31,366 bases of DNA, from positions 1 through 31,366 of the forward strand of contig DAHVNA010000026.1 of the NCBI GenBank assembly GCA_027319565.1, given 5' to 3'. A model generated the notes under the pieces. That model was not told where the DNA came from, searched no databases, and saw only the letters and a list, made by a program, of their open reading frames with translations. A program made the position numbers and the translations under genes. The stretch comes from Elusimicrobiota bacterium. Its GTDB lineage: Bacteria > Elusimicrobiota > Elusimicrobia > UBA1565 > UBA9628. The stretch's first letter is position 1. Each line of letters starts with the position of its first letter. Shown piece by piece: positions 8,044-16,457 of this stretch.

Positions 8044-9417
8044 TCAAGGCGGCGGCGGAATCGTAAACACGCTTCCTTCTTCGGGAATGCCGCGATTTAT
8101 TTTATCTTGATTGGCGTCATAGATCACTTCCCAATCATCGGGGTTGTGATAGTATTTTTTCGCCAGAGAGCGCAGGGTATCCCCGGCCTCAATTCTATGC
8201 TTTTGAGGCCAGAGAGCTTTGGGGGCGGCTTTAGGGCGCGGAAGCGCTTGCGGTTGCGCGGGAGCGGTGTTGAGAAGTTGGTTCTTTAACTCGGATTGTT
8301 TAATTTGGTATTTCAGTTCGTCATTTTTCTTTTGAAGGGTTTGATACTGGTTTTGAAGATCCTTGACGCGGGATTCCAAGACGTTGAGTTCTCCCGAGGT
8401 GATGTCTTTGCCGGTTTGAAGAGTTGTAAGCGCGGTTTGGGTTTGAGATTCTTTCTCGCCCAAGGACTGAATTTCTTCTTTTAGAGATTCCGCTTCCTGG
8501 GCCGCGTTTCCGACAAATTTGCTCCAGAAAGACGGGGCGCCGAAGAAATAATTGAAGCTGACTTCATACCCTCCGCCTTGGCGGTTGATCGAAGAGGTCG
8601 GGAAATCCCAAGCGACATCCAAGGTCACGGGGGAGAGATCGATTCCAAATCCGAAGGCCCATTGGGGAATGCCGTCGAGCTGAAAACCCTTTCCGGTTCT
8701 CAGTTTAAGAAGTCCCTCATCAAAGGAGGCTTCAAGCCCCGGGTAAAACTCAAGCAGATGCTGTTGTTGATAGATATCTCCGGCCAGGGTGAGCCATTTA
8801 TGCCAGGTGTAGGATGATCCGAGATCAAGAGCCGCGGGGATATTGGATTCCGTGGTTAGATTCATGACCGTCAAGGAAGATCTTAGCCCGGAATTTGATC
8901 GCGCGATCACTCCGGCGTCCATTCCAAGCCCGAAGGTTCCCGAGGAATGAGGGCCTTTGCTGTCGTTGATGAACTGCATGTTCGCTCCCACCTGGAGGGG
9001 ATTGGATAAGGGAATCCCTTGGGGAGACCAGTCTTGCGCATAATTGAGAAGGAGAGTATTTTGCCCGGGGCCGTTAGTCTGTTGTTCTCCCAAATAAGCG
9101 GCTCCCACGGTCGCGGTATTTTTAGGGTCGTAAGGCCGCACATAGCTTAAAGCGTCGTAAGACATGGGGCCGTTGGGAGAATCAAGCCGCCCCATCGTCC
9201 CGCCGGTTTGGGTGTAAGCGGTATTGGCGGTTCCCGCCGGGTTAAAGAAAAGCCCGTCTGGGCCCGAGGCAATTGAGGAATAGGCCATGCCCATGCCCAT
9301 TCCCGCCGCTCCGGGGCGAAAATCAAAGAGATTATCGGCCCATAATCGCGGGAGAACAAACGAGAAAATAAGGGATAAGAGAACGCCGCTAAAAATCCAA
9401 TGCCTTTTCCAATTCAT
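8044..9417 (-). CDS. Outer-membrane PorV/FadL-like beta-barrel fused to a coiled coil and C-terminal LysM
   Basis: Signal peptide; GAAGMGMGMAY...LFFNPAG motif; amphipathic strands; heptad region at about aa 305-380; HRIEAGDTLRSLAKKYY...WEVIYDAN...FTIP LysM. Confidence 0.7.
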   Translation of the reverse strand: MNWKRHWIFSGVLLSLIFSFVLPRLWADNLFDFRPGAAGMGMGMAYSSIASGPDGLFFNPAGTANTAYTQTGGTMGRLDSPNGPMSYDALSYVRPYDPKNTATVGAAYLGEQQTNGPGQNTLLLNYAQDWSPQGIPLSNPLQVGANMQFINDSKGPHSSGTFGLGMDAGVIARSNSGLRSSLTVMNLTTESNIPAALDLGSSYTWHKWLTLAGDIYQQQHLLEFYPGLEASFDEGLLKLRTGKGFQLDGIPQWAFGFGIDLSPVTLDVAWDFPTSSINRQGGGYEVSFNYFFGAPSFWSKFVGNAAQEAESLKEEIQSLGEKESQTQTALTTLQTGKDITSGELNVLESRVKDLQNQYQTLQKKNDELKYQIKQSELKNQLLNTAPAQPQALPRPKAAPKALWPQKHRIEAGDTLRSLAKKYYHNPDDWEVIYDANQDKINRGIPEEGSVFTIPPPP

Positions 9418-9465
9418 TTGTATAAGAAAAGGATAGGGGGTTAATGTTAAGAAATAATTGACAGT

Positions 9466-9542
9466 CTAAAGGCTAAAAAAACCTTTGACCCCGGAGACAA
9501 GGACGGCGTTGACGTGGCCAAAGAGAATGTCGATTTGCATCT
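9466..9542 (-). repeat. Direct repeat copy A: orphan duplicate of the last 24 codons and stop of the DUF3108-like gene
   Basis: 73/77 identical to 10846-10922 (offset 1380); reads MQIDILFGHVNAVLVSGVKGFFSL-TAG. Confidence 0.95.
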
Positions 9543-10745
9543 TTACGCTTTCCTCAAAGGATGCTTTCCCCAGTCCGGCATGACCCGAATCATAAAATCA
9601 TTGAAAAGAGGGACCGTAAAAGCCGTATCGCCGTGAGCCGGACTGTAGATCATTCCCTTGCCGATCAGCCCCGCGCGCAACGGCGCGCTGGACTGGACTT
9701 TAATGCCGAGACGATCGGCAATCTCGCTAGAGCGATGCGGTCCAGGCCCCAATTCAGCCAAAGCTCTCAAATAGTCTTTTTCGCGCGGGGTCAAGCGGTC
9801 AAACCGGACTCGAAAAAAGCTTCCGTCGAGTTTTTTAACCGCTTCAACGTTGGCGCGCAGGATGACGCTTCTGTTAATAGGCGACTCTTTCGCTAAATTC
9901 CAAGCCTGATATCCCCACTCTTGAAGGAAGTAGGGGTATCCCCGAGTCTGAAGCGCGATTTCCTTGAGCGCGTCTTCCGCAAAGACGACACCTTCTTTTT
10001 TTGCGGGGTCGCGCAAAGCCGCTGCCGCATCCTTGGGAGAAAGAGGGCCAATCTCGGGAAATCGGAATAGTCGTTCCGCGTAAGATTTCGATCTCCCGGC
10101 CAGGCCGATCAGCTGAGGCAAACCCGCTGAGACAAGCGCCAGCGGCAATTGGCGCTGAGACACGCGGTGTATTGCCATGATTAGCGCGCCCATCTCTTCT
10201 TCGTTTAAGTATTGAATTTCGTCGATAATGATGGCGACGGCTCTTTGCCTATCCTTGGCGGCTTCTCCCAGCGCGACAAAGAGTTCCGAAAGATCGGACT
10301 CCAAATTCCCTGAATCCGCCTTGCCTCTTTCAGGGTCAATTCCTAACTCGACCCCAGTCTCGCCGAACTTGATCTTGAACGTCCCGATAAAACTCCGGAG
10401 AACGCGCAATCCTAACTTCACCTTAGCGCTAATTTTCTCCATTCTGTCGAGTTCTATGAGCGTCCCCCGAAGACCGGGGATAAGGAGTTCGGGAAGGGAG
10501 CGGTCCTCGGAAATTTCGATCATCACGACGCAATATTTTTCAGCTTCGGCAATATCCTTGATGCGATTAAGTAAAACCGTTTTCCCGACGCCTCTCAGCC
10601 CGACAAGCATGAGGCTTTGCTCATAGCGCCCGCGTTTGATTCTGCCAAGCACGATAGCGGCCTCTTTGAGCAAATCATCGCGGCCGGCGAGTTCCGGCGG
10701 CGGATTTCCCGCGCCTGGAGAAAACGGGTTTTTAAGCGGATCCAT
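9543..10745 (-). CDS. AAA_16-type P-loop ATPase with probable C-terminal winged HTH
   Basis: NPFSPGAG.PP.LAGRD, Walker A GLRGVGKT, Walker B IIIDEIQ, GYPYFLQ, C-terminal SSEIADRLG...LRAGLIGKGMIY. Confidence 0.85.
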   Translation of the reverse strand: MDPLKNPFSPGAGNPPPELAGRDDLLKEAAIVLGRIKRGRYEQSLMLVGLRGVGKTVLLNRIKDIAEAEKYCVVMIEISEDRSLPELLIPGLRGTLIELDRMEKISAKVKLGLRVLRSFIGTFKIKFGETGVELGIDPERGKADSGNLESDLSELFVALGEAAKDRQRAVAIIIDEIQYLNEEEMGALIMAIHRVSQRQLPLALVSAGLPQLIGLAGRSKSYAERLFRFPEIGPLSPKDAAAALRDPAKKEGVVFAEDALKEIALQTRGYPYFLQEWGYQAWNLAKESPINRSVILRANVEAVKKLDGSFFRVRFDRLTPREKDYLRALAELGPGPHRSSEIADRLGIKVQSSAPLRAGLIGKGMIYSPAHGDTAFTVPLFNDFMIRVMPDWGKHPLRKA

Positions 10746-10773
10746 ATATAGGAAGTTTACCAGATTATCTAGT

Positions 10774-10796
10774 GTTTATCAATATATTGAATAAAC
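10774..10796. promoter_or_regulatory. AT-rich near-palindrome, candidate operator of the ATPase gene
   Basis: GTTTATCAATATATTGAATAAAC is self-complementary apart from one extra base, about 30 bp upstream of the ATPase ATG. Confidence 0.5.
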
Positions 10797-10845
10797 TTTA
10801 TATAAATATATCATTTGGCGTTGTTTCCCTGGTTTGCGCGGGACT

Positions 10846-10922
10846 TTAAAGGCTAAAAAAACCTTTGACCCCGGAGACAAGGACGGCGTTGACGTGCCCA
10901 AAGAGAATATCGACTTGCATCT
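10846..10922 (-). repeat. Direct repeat copy B: current 3' end of the DUF3108-like gene
   Basis: Reads MQVDILFGHVNAVLVSGVKGFFSL-TAA. Confidence 0.95.
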
Positions 10923-11715
10923 GAACGGGAATTTTTTTGGCGTCATCGGTCAGCCAGACCTGGAGTTTGCGGCCTTTTTGGACAAAGATTCCGTGCTTGC
11001 GGACCAAGGGCTCGACTAACACCGTGTCGAAGGTTCCGGCAGGAACGGTGATTTTTTCTTTTCTGAGAACTCGAACTAAGAGCGGCCAGTTTTTCTTGGT
11101 GTTCACATTGACAAAAACGTTTTTTCCCGGAGTCAGGGTTTGAGAGCGAAGATAATAGAGGCTTGAGAGAATATCTTGGATGTGGGAGATGATCGGCCCC
11201 GTTGAATAAGAGACGCTTCCGGTCTTTGAGACCGTTTTGGCTAAAAAAGAGTGGGTATCGTGATTGAAAAAGACCCATTCATCCCTGAAAAAATGACCTT
11301 CTCTTAAATTTTTTGAATATCCCAGGGAGGAAAGATTGGTCGCGTCCATCCACGATTCGTTGAGATCTCGGACTTTATAGAAGGCGTCGCAAAAAGAGTT
11401 GGAGCGAGCCCGGCTAATGATGTGGTAAGCCGTTTTTCCGGCAAAAGAGACTTTTTGGGCGACTTCCAAGGAAGCTTCGCCGACATTAACCGGGCCCCAG
11501 GAGATTTCAAATTTTAAATTTTCGGGAAAAACGGTCAAAGCCGTTAACGGCGCGCTTGAAGGAGAGATCTCGGGCTTTTCCAATTTGTGGATATTGGACA
11601 AAGTGGAAGAGGAAATGAGCGGGAGGGTCAGTTCCGTAGCGGAGGCCGGCAAGGAAATTAAGAACAGCAAAAAAGAGAGTTTTTTCATTGACCCTATTCT
11701 CCAAATATCTTTCAT
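10846..11715 (-). CDS. DUF3108-family exported protein (start may be ATG 11688)
   Basis: Signal peptide MKKLSFLLFLISLPASA; ENLKFEISWGPVNVGEA, FYKVRD, DILSSLYYLR, ITVPAGTFDT, VWLTDDAKKIPVQM. Confidence 0.8.
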   Translation of the reverse strand: MKDIWRIGSMKKLSFLLFLISLPASATELTLPLISSSTLSNIHKLEKPEISPSSAPLTALTVFPENLKFEISWGPVNVGEASLEVAQKVSFAGKTAYHIISRARSNSFCDAFYKVRDLNESWMDATNLSSLGYSKNLREGHFFRDEWVFFNHDTHSFLAKTVSKTGSVSYSTGPIISHIQDILSSLYYLRSQTLTPGKNVFVNVNTKKNWPLLVRVLRKEKITVPAGTFDTVLVEPLVRKHGIFVQKGRKLQVWLTDDAKKIPVQMQVDILFGHVNAVLVSGVKGFFSL

Positions 11716-12839
11716 CCGAGAAGCGCTTTTTCCCAGATTTCTTGTCCTTGAGTGATTTTTAATTTGATGGCTAAAGCGTATAACTCTCCGGACAAGGTCT
11801 CTTTCCAGCCCAGAGGTAGGCGAGTCGCGTCTTTAAGAGTGGTCAAAAACGCTCGCCCTGAGCGCACGGTTTCAATGGCCTTGAGTTCCTCGATTTGATA
11901 GGGGTGATGATCAGGAAACCGCCAGCGCTGCTCGATGCGGGCTCCCAATTCCGTGAGCTGATTTTCAAAAAGCTGCGGAAAGGCGATTCCGGAAACGGTG
12001 ACGATTCTTCTTCCCTCCAAAAGCGAAACGTCGAGCTTTCTTTGGGTTTTGATATCCAATAGGAAATCCGGCACGTGAGAGGCTTCCAGTATCTCCGCTT
12101 TGGGGCTCATTGCCGCTATTTTTTCGCGGAGAAGCTTGAGGTCTTTCTTGGCAATTAAATCGGCATGGGTGATGACAATCATCTGAGCGCGCCTGAGAGC
12201 GGAGGCGGGCTCCCTGAGGTTTCCGGCGGGCAGAAGGCGGTCTTCGGTAAACGGAGAGGCGGCATTGACAAGGACAATGTCGAGATCGTGTTTAATTTTC
12301 CAATGCTGAAACCCATCGTCTAAAATCAACGCTTTTGAATGATAAAAGGTGATTGCCTCTTGCCCGGCTTTCACGCGATTTTTAGAGACCAGGATTGGGA
12401 TGTTGAGTCCAAAGAGGGCTTGGTGCATCATCCAGGGCTCGTCTCCGCATTCTTCCCAATGCGGAGGATTGTCGTCAAGCAGGGTGACGACTTCGGAAGA
12501 GTTTTTCGAGCGGTTATATCCGCGGCTGAGAATGGCGAGGGATTGGCCGTGGCTGTGAAGAGTTTTGGCGGCCAATATCGCGGCGGGAGTTTTTCCGGTT
12601 CCCCCGACGCTTAAATTACCAATTGAGATCACCCGCGCCGGCAGGCGGATTGATTTTTTGAGGCCCATGCCGTAAGCCAGTTTGCGGAGAATGAGTCCCA
12701 ACCAAAATCCGAAACTGAGGAATTTTAAAAAGGCGGGGCCGAGAGGATGAGTTTTGATCTGTTCGCGGCGGTTTTCCCAGCTTCCAACCGAGACGCGACG
12801 ATCGTTGATTTCATCGAGAGGCTTTTCAGTTTCAAGCAT
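11712..12839 (-). CDS. lpxK: Tetraacyldisaccharide 4'-kinase
   Basis: VISIGNLSVGGTGKTP, ILSRGY, GDEP, ILDDGFQH, LLPAGNLREP, FPDHH. Confidence 0.95.
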   Translation of the reverse strand: MLETEKPLDEINDRRVSVGSWENRREQIKTHPLGPAFLKFLSFGFWLGLILRKLAYGMGLKKSIRLPARVISIGNLSVGGTGKTPAAILAAKTLHSHGQSLAILSRGYNRSKNSSEVVTLLDDNPPHWEECGDEPWMMHQALFGLNIPILVSKNRVKAGQEAITFYHSKALILDDGFQHWKIKHDLDIVLVNAASPFTEDRLLPAGNLREPASALRRAQMIVITHADLIAKKDLKLLREKIAAMSPKAEILEASHVPDFLLDIKTQRKLDVSLLEGRRIVTVSGIAFPQLFENQLTELGARIEQRWRFPDHHPYQIEELKAIETVRSGRAFLTTLKDATRLPLGWKETLSGELYALAIKLKITQGQEIWEKALLG

Positions 12840-12842
12840 ACC

Positions 12843-13841
12843 TTATTGTACGAGATTTGTCAGGAAATCTCTGACTTCTCCAAAAACTTCGTCGGCTGAA
12901 ATAGAGTTAAGACACGAGAGGCTTTGACAGAGGTGTTCGTTTTTAGACTCTTCGCGGCAAGGGCAGGACTTCTGGATAAAGCGATGCCTCTTGGGATCGG
13001 GAAAGGTCCAACTGACCGGAGAGTGCGGGCCGTAAATGGTGAAGGTCGCGACTTCCAAGGCCGCGGAGATATGTTTGACGCCGTTGTCGTTGCCGATAAA
13101 CAAATCCGCTCCTTCAATGAGAGCGGCGAGATCCATGAGGTTCCCGGTTGGAGGCGCAATCAGGGGTTTGTGTTTCATGGCGGCGGCAACTTGATCGGCA
13201 TTTTCTTTTTCTCCCGGCCCCCAGACGATTAAAATTGAGGCGCCAAGATCGGAAATGAGCCGGTCGGCCAGCGCGGCATAACGGTTTAACGGCCAGCGGT
13301 TAAAATGTCTTCGGGACACCGGGGATAAAACGATTCGGGGGCGGGAGATCGGATTTTTGGAAAAGAAATCCCGGGCGAAGGCTTTGGACTCATTCGGGAT
13401 TTTAATTTCCGCGCTCAAGTTCCCATGGAATTTGACTCCTAAGGGCTCTAAAAGGCGGATTTTCTCTTCGGCGACATAGAATGAGCCCTTTGGATCCGGC
13501 AGGGGGTGATTATAGGCCCAGTGGTGGAATACGCGGGCCAGCCCGGCTCTGAGACTGGCGCCACTGAGCGCGGTTAAAACGGCGCTTCGCGGGGTGCCTA
13601 AAAAATCGATCACCCAATCGTACTTTTGAGCGCGTATTTGGCGTATCAAGCGCCAAGGATGTTTTTTGTCGTAAACAATCAGATGATCAATGTCCGGATT
13701 TCCCTTCAAAACTTCCGCCGCCGGGTTTTCAGCGAGAAAGTCCACCGTCGCTTCGGGGAAATTTTTTTTGAGTTCCTTGACCGCGGGAGTTGTCAGAAGA
13801 GCGTCTCCAATGCGGTAGAGCTGTATGACCAAAATTTTCAA
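12843..13841 (-). CDS. GT9 ADP-heptose:LPS heptosyltransferase (WaaF/WaaQ-like)
   Basis: Probable TTG start at 13841 (KILVIQLYRIGDALLTTP) overlapping the upstream TGA; FIGNDNGVKHISAAL, IYGP. Confidence 0.85.
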   Translation of the reverse strand: MKILVIQLYRIGDALLTTPAVKELKKNFPEATVDFLAENPAAEVLKGNPDIDHLIVYDKKHPWRLIRQIRAQKYDWVIDFLGTPRSAVLTALSGASLRAGLARVFHHWAYNHPLPDPKGSFYVAEEKIRLLEPLGVKFHGNLSAEIKIPNESKAFARDFFSKNPISRPRIVLSPVSRRHFNRWPLNRYAALADRLISDLGASILIVWGPGEKENADQVAAAMKHKPLIAPPTGNLMDLAALIEGADLFIGNDNGVKHISAALEVATFTIYGPHSPVSWTFPDPKRHRFIQKSCPCREESKNEHLCQSLSCLNSISADEVFGEVRDFLTNLVQ

Positions 13842-14650
13842 AGTCGGGCTCTTCCGCGCGTGAGATTGAGATGGAAATCGAGCATGAAATCGTCTCCGCG
13901 AATAAAAAGCCGCCGAATCGGAGAAGCTGCCTGTTTCCACGGAAAGGGACTTAAGCCTTGCTTGACGCTGAAATCGTAGAGGTATCCCGCATCCAGAGCG
14001 GCTTGGCGAACCTTGGGGTTAAAGGCTCCCGAGCCGTAGGGATAGGCAAAGGCCTCGACGGTCCTTCCCAAAAGCTCTTCAAGGCGTTTTTTGCTTTCGG
14101 TGAGTTCCCAGACAACATCCGGCATGGGCGCGTTATCGAGATTGCGATGGCGCATGGTGTGAGAGCCAAACTCAACGAGTCCCGACTCCTGCATTTGCAG
14201 AATCTCTTCTTTTTTCAGCATCGGAATGCGGATTTCAGTTTCCGGCTCATGCCAGACATTGTCTTTTCCGATGGTCTCAAAGACAAGAAAAATATTTCCC
14301 TTCATTCCGAAATTCTTGAGAATGGGAAACGCTTCTTTATAGTTATTGGCGTAGCCGTCATCAAAAGTGATTAAAACCGGTTTTTGGGGAAACCCTTTTT
14401 CCTGCGCTTCAAATTTCTGGATTTCAGAAAATAGAATAGGCGTATATTGATGGGCCCTTAAATAGGCCAACTGTTGGCGGAACTGCGCGGGGCTGACCCA
14501 AAGTTTTTTGAGTTTGGATCCCTGTGGCGGGATTCCTATTTTGTGATACATCAAGACCGGAACTCCTTTGGCCCGAGGCCGCCACCAATTCCAGCGCGCG
14601 CTGATTCCAGTCGCCGCTCCCATTCCGATTCCGATAAGCCCCGCGATCAT
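13838..14650 (-). CDS. Polysaccharide deacetylase (NodB/CE4 family) with N-terminal anchor
   Basis: PVLMYHKI, LITFDDGY, FGSHTMRH, FAYPYG. Confidence 0.9.
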   Translation of the reverse strand: MIAGLIGIGMGAATGISARWNWWRPRAKGVPVLMYHKIGIPPQGSKLKKLWVSPAQFRQQLAYLRAHQYTPILFSEIQKFEAQEKGFPQKPVLITFDDGYANNYKEAFPILKNFGMKGNIFLVFETIGKDNVWHEPETEIRIPMLKKEEILQMQESGLVEFGSHTMRHRNLDNAPMPDVVWELTESKKRLEELLGRTVEAFAYPYGSGAFNPKVRQAALDAGYLYDFSVKQGLSPFPWKQAASPIRRLFIRGDDFMLDFHLNLTRGRARL

Positions 14651-15417
14651 CGTTGATTCTCCTTGATTTCTAATTCTTTTAGTTTGACATATTTAAGCCA
14701 ATGGTGAAATGCCGACAACGCCGCCCAGATAATTCCCGGATTTCCGTCTAAAATTCCGAATTTAAGAAACAGGCGCGAGAATATTTCCCAGGGCAATATC
14801 AGGTGATGCCAAAAATAAAAACGCTTTCCCTGCGCGCGCCCTTTGCGAGTTGAGAAATCCAGATAAGACGTCATCTTGTTTAAATATTCCCCGAGGTCTT
14901 TATAGGGCTTGTGAGAGACAAAGCCGGAAAAAAGAAGCGCTTTGCGGCCGGAGATCTCAAGTCCCTCGTGAATGAGGCCTCCCGCGAAGCGGCCCTTTAA
15001 ACGCTTAAATAATCTCAGATGCTTTTCGTGTCCAACTCCGCCAAATCTTAAAGCGCGTCCCATGAATTCGATTTGAAAGCGCAAGATGATTCCGTCAATT
15101 TCGCCGGGGCCAGAGATAAAGCGGAGAATCTCTTCTTTTAAAAGCGGGCTAATGCGTTCATCGGCATCGATGGATAAAATCCAATCCGCGGTCGCCAGTT
15201 CCAAAGCCGCCTGCTTTTGTTCGGCATATGAAGTGAAAACTCTCTTGAGAATCTTGCAGCCATGTTCGCGGGCGATGTCTTCGGTTTTGTCGGAGCTTTC
15301 GGCGTCTATGACGACGACGATTTCTTCCGCCAAGCCTTTGAGGCTCAATAAGCACCCCGGTAAATCCTCTTCTTCGTTTTTGGCGATGATAATCGCGCCG
15401 AGAGAACGCGGGCTCAA
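14647..15417 (-). CDS. GT2 glycosyltransferase (KdtX/WaaE-like)
   Basis: IIAKNEEEDLPGCL, SSDKT, WILSIDADER, LRLFKR, IHEG, GILDG. Confidence 0.88.
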   Translation of the reverse strand: MSPRSLGAIIIAKNEEEDLPGCLLSLKGLAEEIVVVIDAESSDKTEDIAREHGCKILKRVFTSYAEQKQAALELATADWILSIDADERISPLLKEEILRFISGPGEIDGIILRFQIEFMGRALRFGGVGHEKHLRLFKRLKGRFAGGLIHEGLEISGRKALLFSGFVSHKPYKDLGEYLNKMTSYLDFSTRKGRAQGKRFYFWHHLILPWEIFSRLFLKFGILDGNPGIIWAALSAFHHWLKYVKLKELEIKENQR

Positions 15418-16457
15418 GAATTTTCTCCCAGTATTTTTTTAAACACCTGTTCGGATTTCTCCCCGAATTTTTCGAGGCTCAATAAAGTCTCAAAACGCTT
15501 TTTGGATTCTTGCCCCATTCTTTGGGCTTCCTGAGGAAAGTCAATCAGTTTTTTGACGCCGGATGCCAATTCATCGGCATTTCCAGGCGCGAATAAGAGC
15601 CCATTTTCTCCCTCGCGAATTAAATCCGGAAGACCGCCGACGCGGCTTGAAATGACCGGGCGCCCGGCCGACATCCATTCTAGAGTCGCGCGCGAGACTG
15701 CTTCAGAACCCAAGGATGAGACGATCCCAATCCGGCAGCTGGAAATAAATTCCCAAATGTCCTCAACTCGCCCCAAAAATTCGACGGAACTTCCCAATTC
15801 CAGCTGGCGAACTTTATTTTGGAGAACCCCCAGCCTCTCGGGGCTGGATTCTCCGGCGATTAAAAATTTTATGTTGGATAAGCGGGTTTTCAGAATCGAG
15901 GCCGCCTCAATAAAGGTTTCATGCCCCTTGATTTTATCTAAGCGGCCCAGGATTCCTATCGCGCCTTCAGGCTCCCAGGGAATTTCCCGCGGCGGGCCTT
16001 CTGTTCCCTGAAAGACCAGATCAATGGAGGCGGAGGGAGAAGCGGCCTTAAGGCTTTCTCGGATCGCCGTATTGGCGGCGATAAAATGAGAAATCGTTTT
16101 AAGACCGAGTCTTGACAGGAAATTTCTTCCCGGCAGCCGCGCGTCGGCAAAGGTGCGAATGAGAACGGCTTTTCCGCGAACAGCCAGCCCGAGGCTTTGG
16201 GCGGAACCGGTCAAAGCGTCGATAATCGAAATTTGGTCTTCTGCTATTTTCCGCCTTAATTGAGGCAGGGAAAGCCAAGGCCTTTTAAGCGGCAAATAAT
16301 CCATGGATAACCGCTTACATTCTTTTTCGGCAAAAGACCTTTCCCTGCACCAAAATTGTACCGCGTGTCCGCGCCGTTTCATCTCGGAAGCGAGCGTCAG
16401 GCCGTAAGAGAGAATGCCGGAGTCCCAAGGTTCATCGTGCAGGAAGAGGATATTCAT
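15414..16457 (-). CDS. GT4 glycosyltransferase
   Basis: LGRLDKIKG, SEAVSRATLEWM (EX7E), PVISSRVGGLPDLIREGENGLL. Confidence 0.88.
   Translation of the reverse strand: MNILFLHDEPWDSGILSYGLTLASEMKRRGHAVQFWCRERSFAEKECKRLSMDYLPLKRPWLSLPQLRRKIAEDQISIIDALTGSAQSLGLAVRGKAVLIRTFADARLPGRNFLSRLGLKTISHFIAANTAIRESLKAASPSASIDLVFQGTEGPPREIPWEPEGAIGILGRLDKIKGHETFIEAASILKTRLSNIKFLIAGESSPERLGVLQNKVRQLELGSSVEFLGRVEDIWEFISSCRIGIVSSLGSEAVSRATLEWMSAGRPVISSRVGGLPDLIREGENGLLFAPGNADELASGVKKLIDFPQEAQRMGQESKKRFETLLSLEKFGEKSEQVFKKILGENS

Larger units (their letters stand above)
9543..10922 (-). mobile_element. Putative 1380-bp integrated mini-island (ATPase, AT-rich leader, replacement gene end); no recombinase
   Basis: Bounded by the 77-bp direct repeat; the ATPase stop abuts repeat copy A. 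Confidence 0.6.

Noticed and set aside
9466..10922. IS element (IS21 IstB-like ATPase) or integron cassette
   Set aside because: No transposase or terminal inverted repeats; 77 bp is far longer than a target-site duplication; no attC-like RYYYAAC...GTTRRRY structure seen.
10834..11143. Plus-strand ORFs over repeat copy B
   Set aside because: Antisense to the DUF3108-like gene; the silent pattern of differences supports the minus frame.
1863..13940. ORF-track N-terminal extensions for lptG (1863), the lipoprotein (3849), radC (4447) and GT9 (13940)
   Set aside because: They overlap neighbouring genes; downstream starts match family N-termini and mostly give 4-bp stop/start overlaps.
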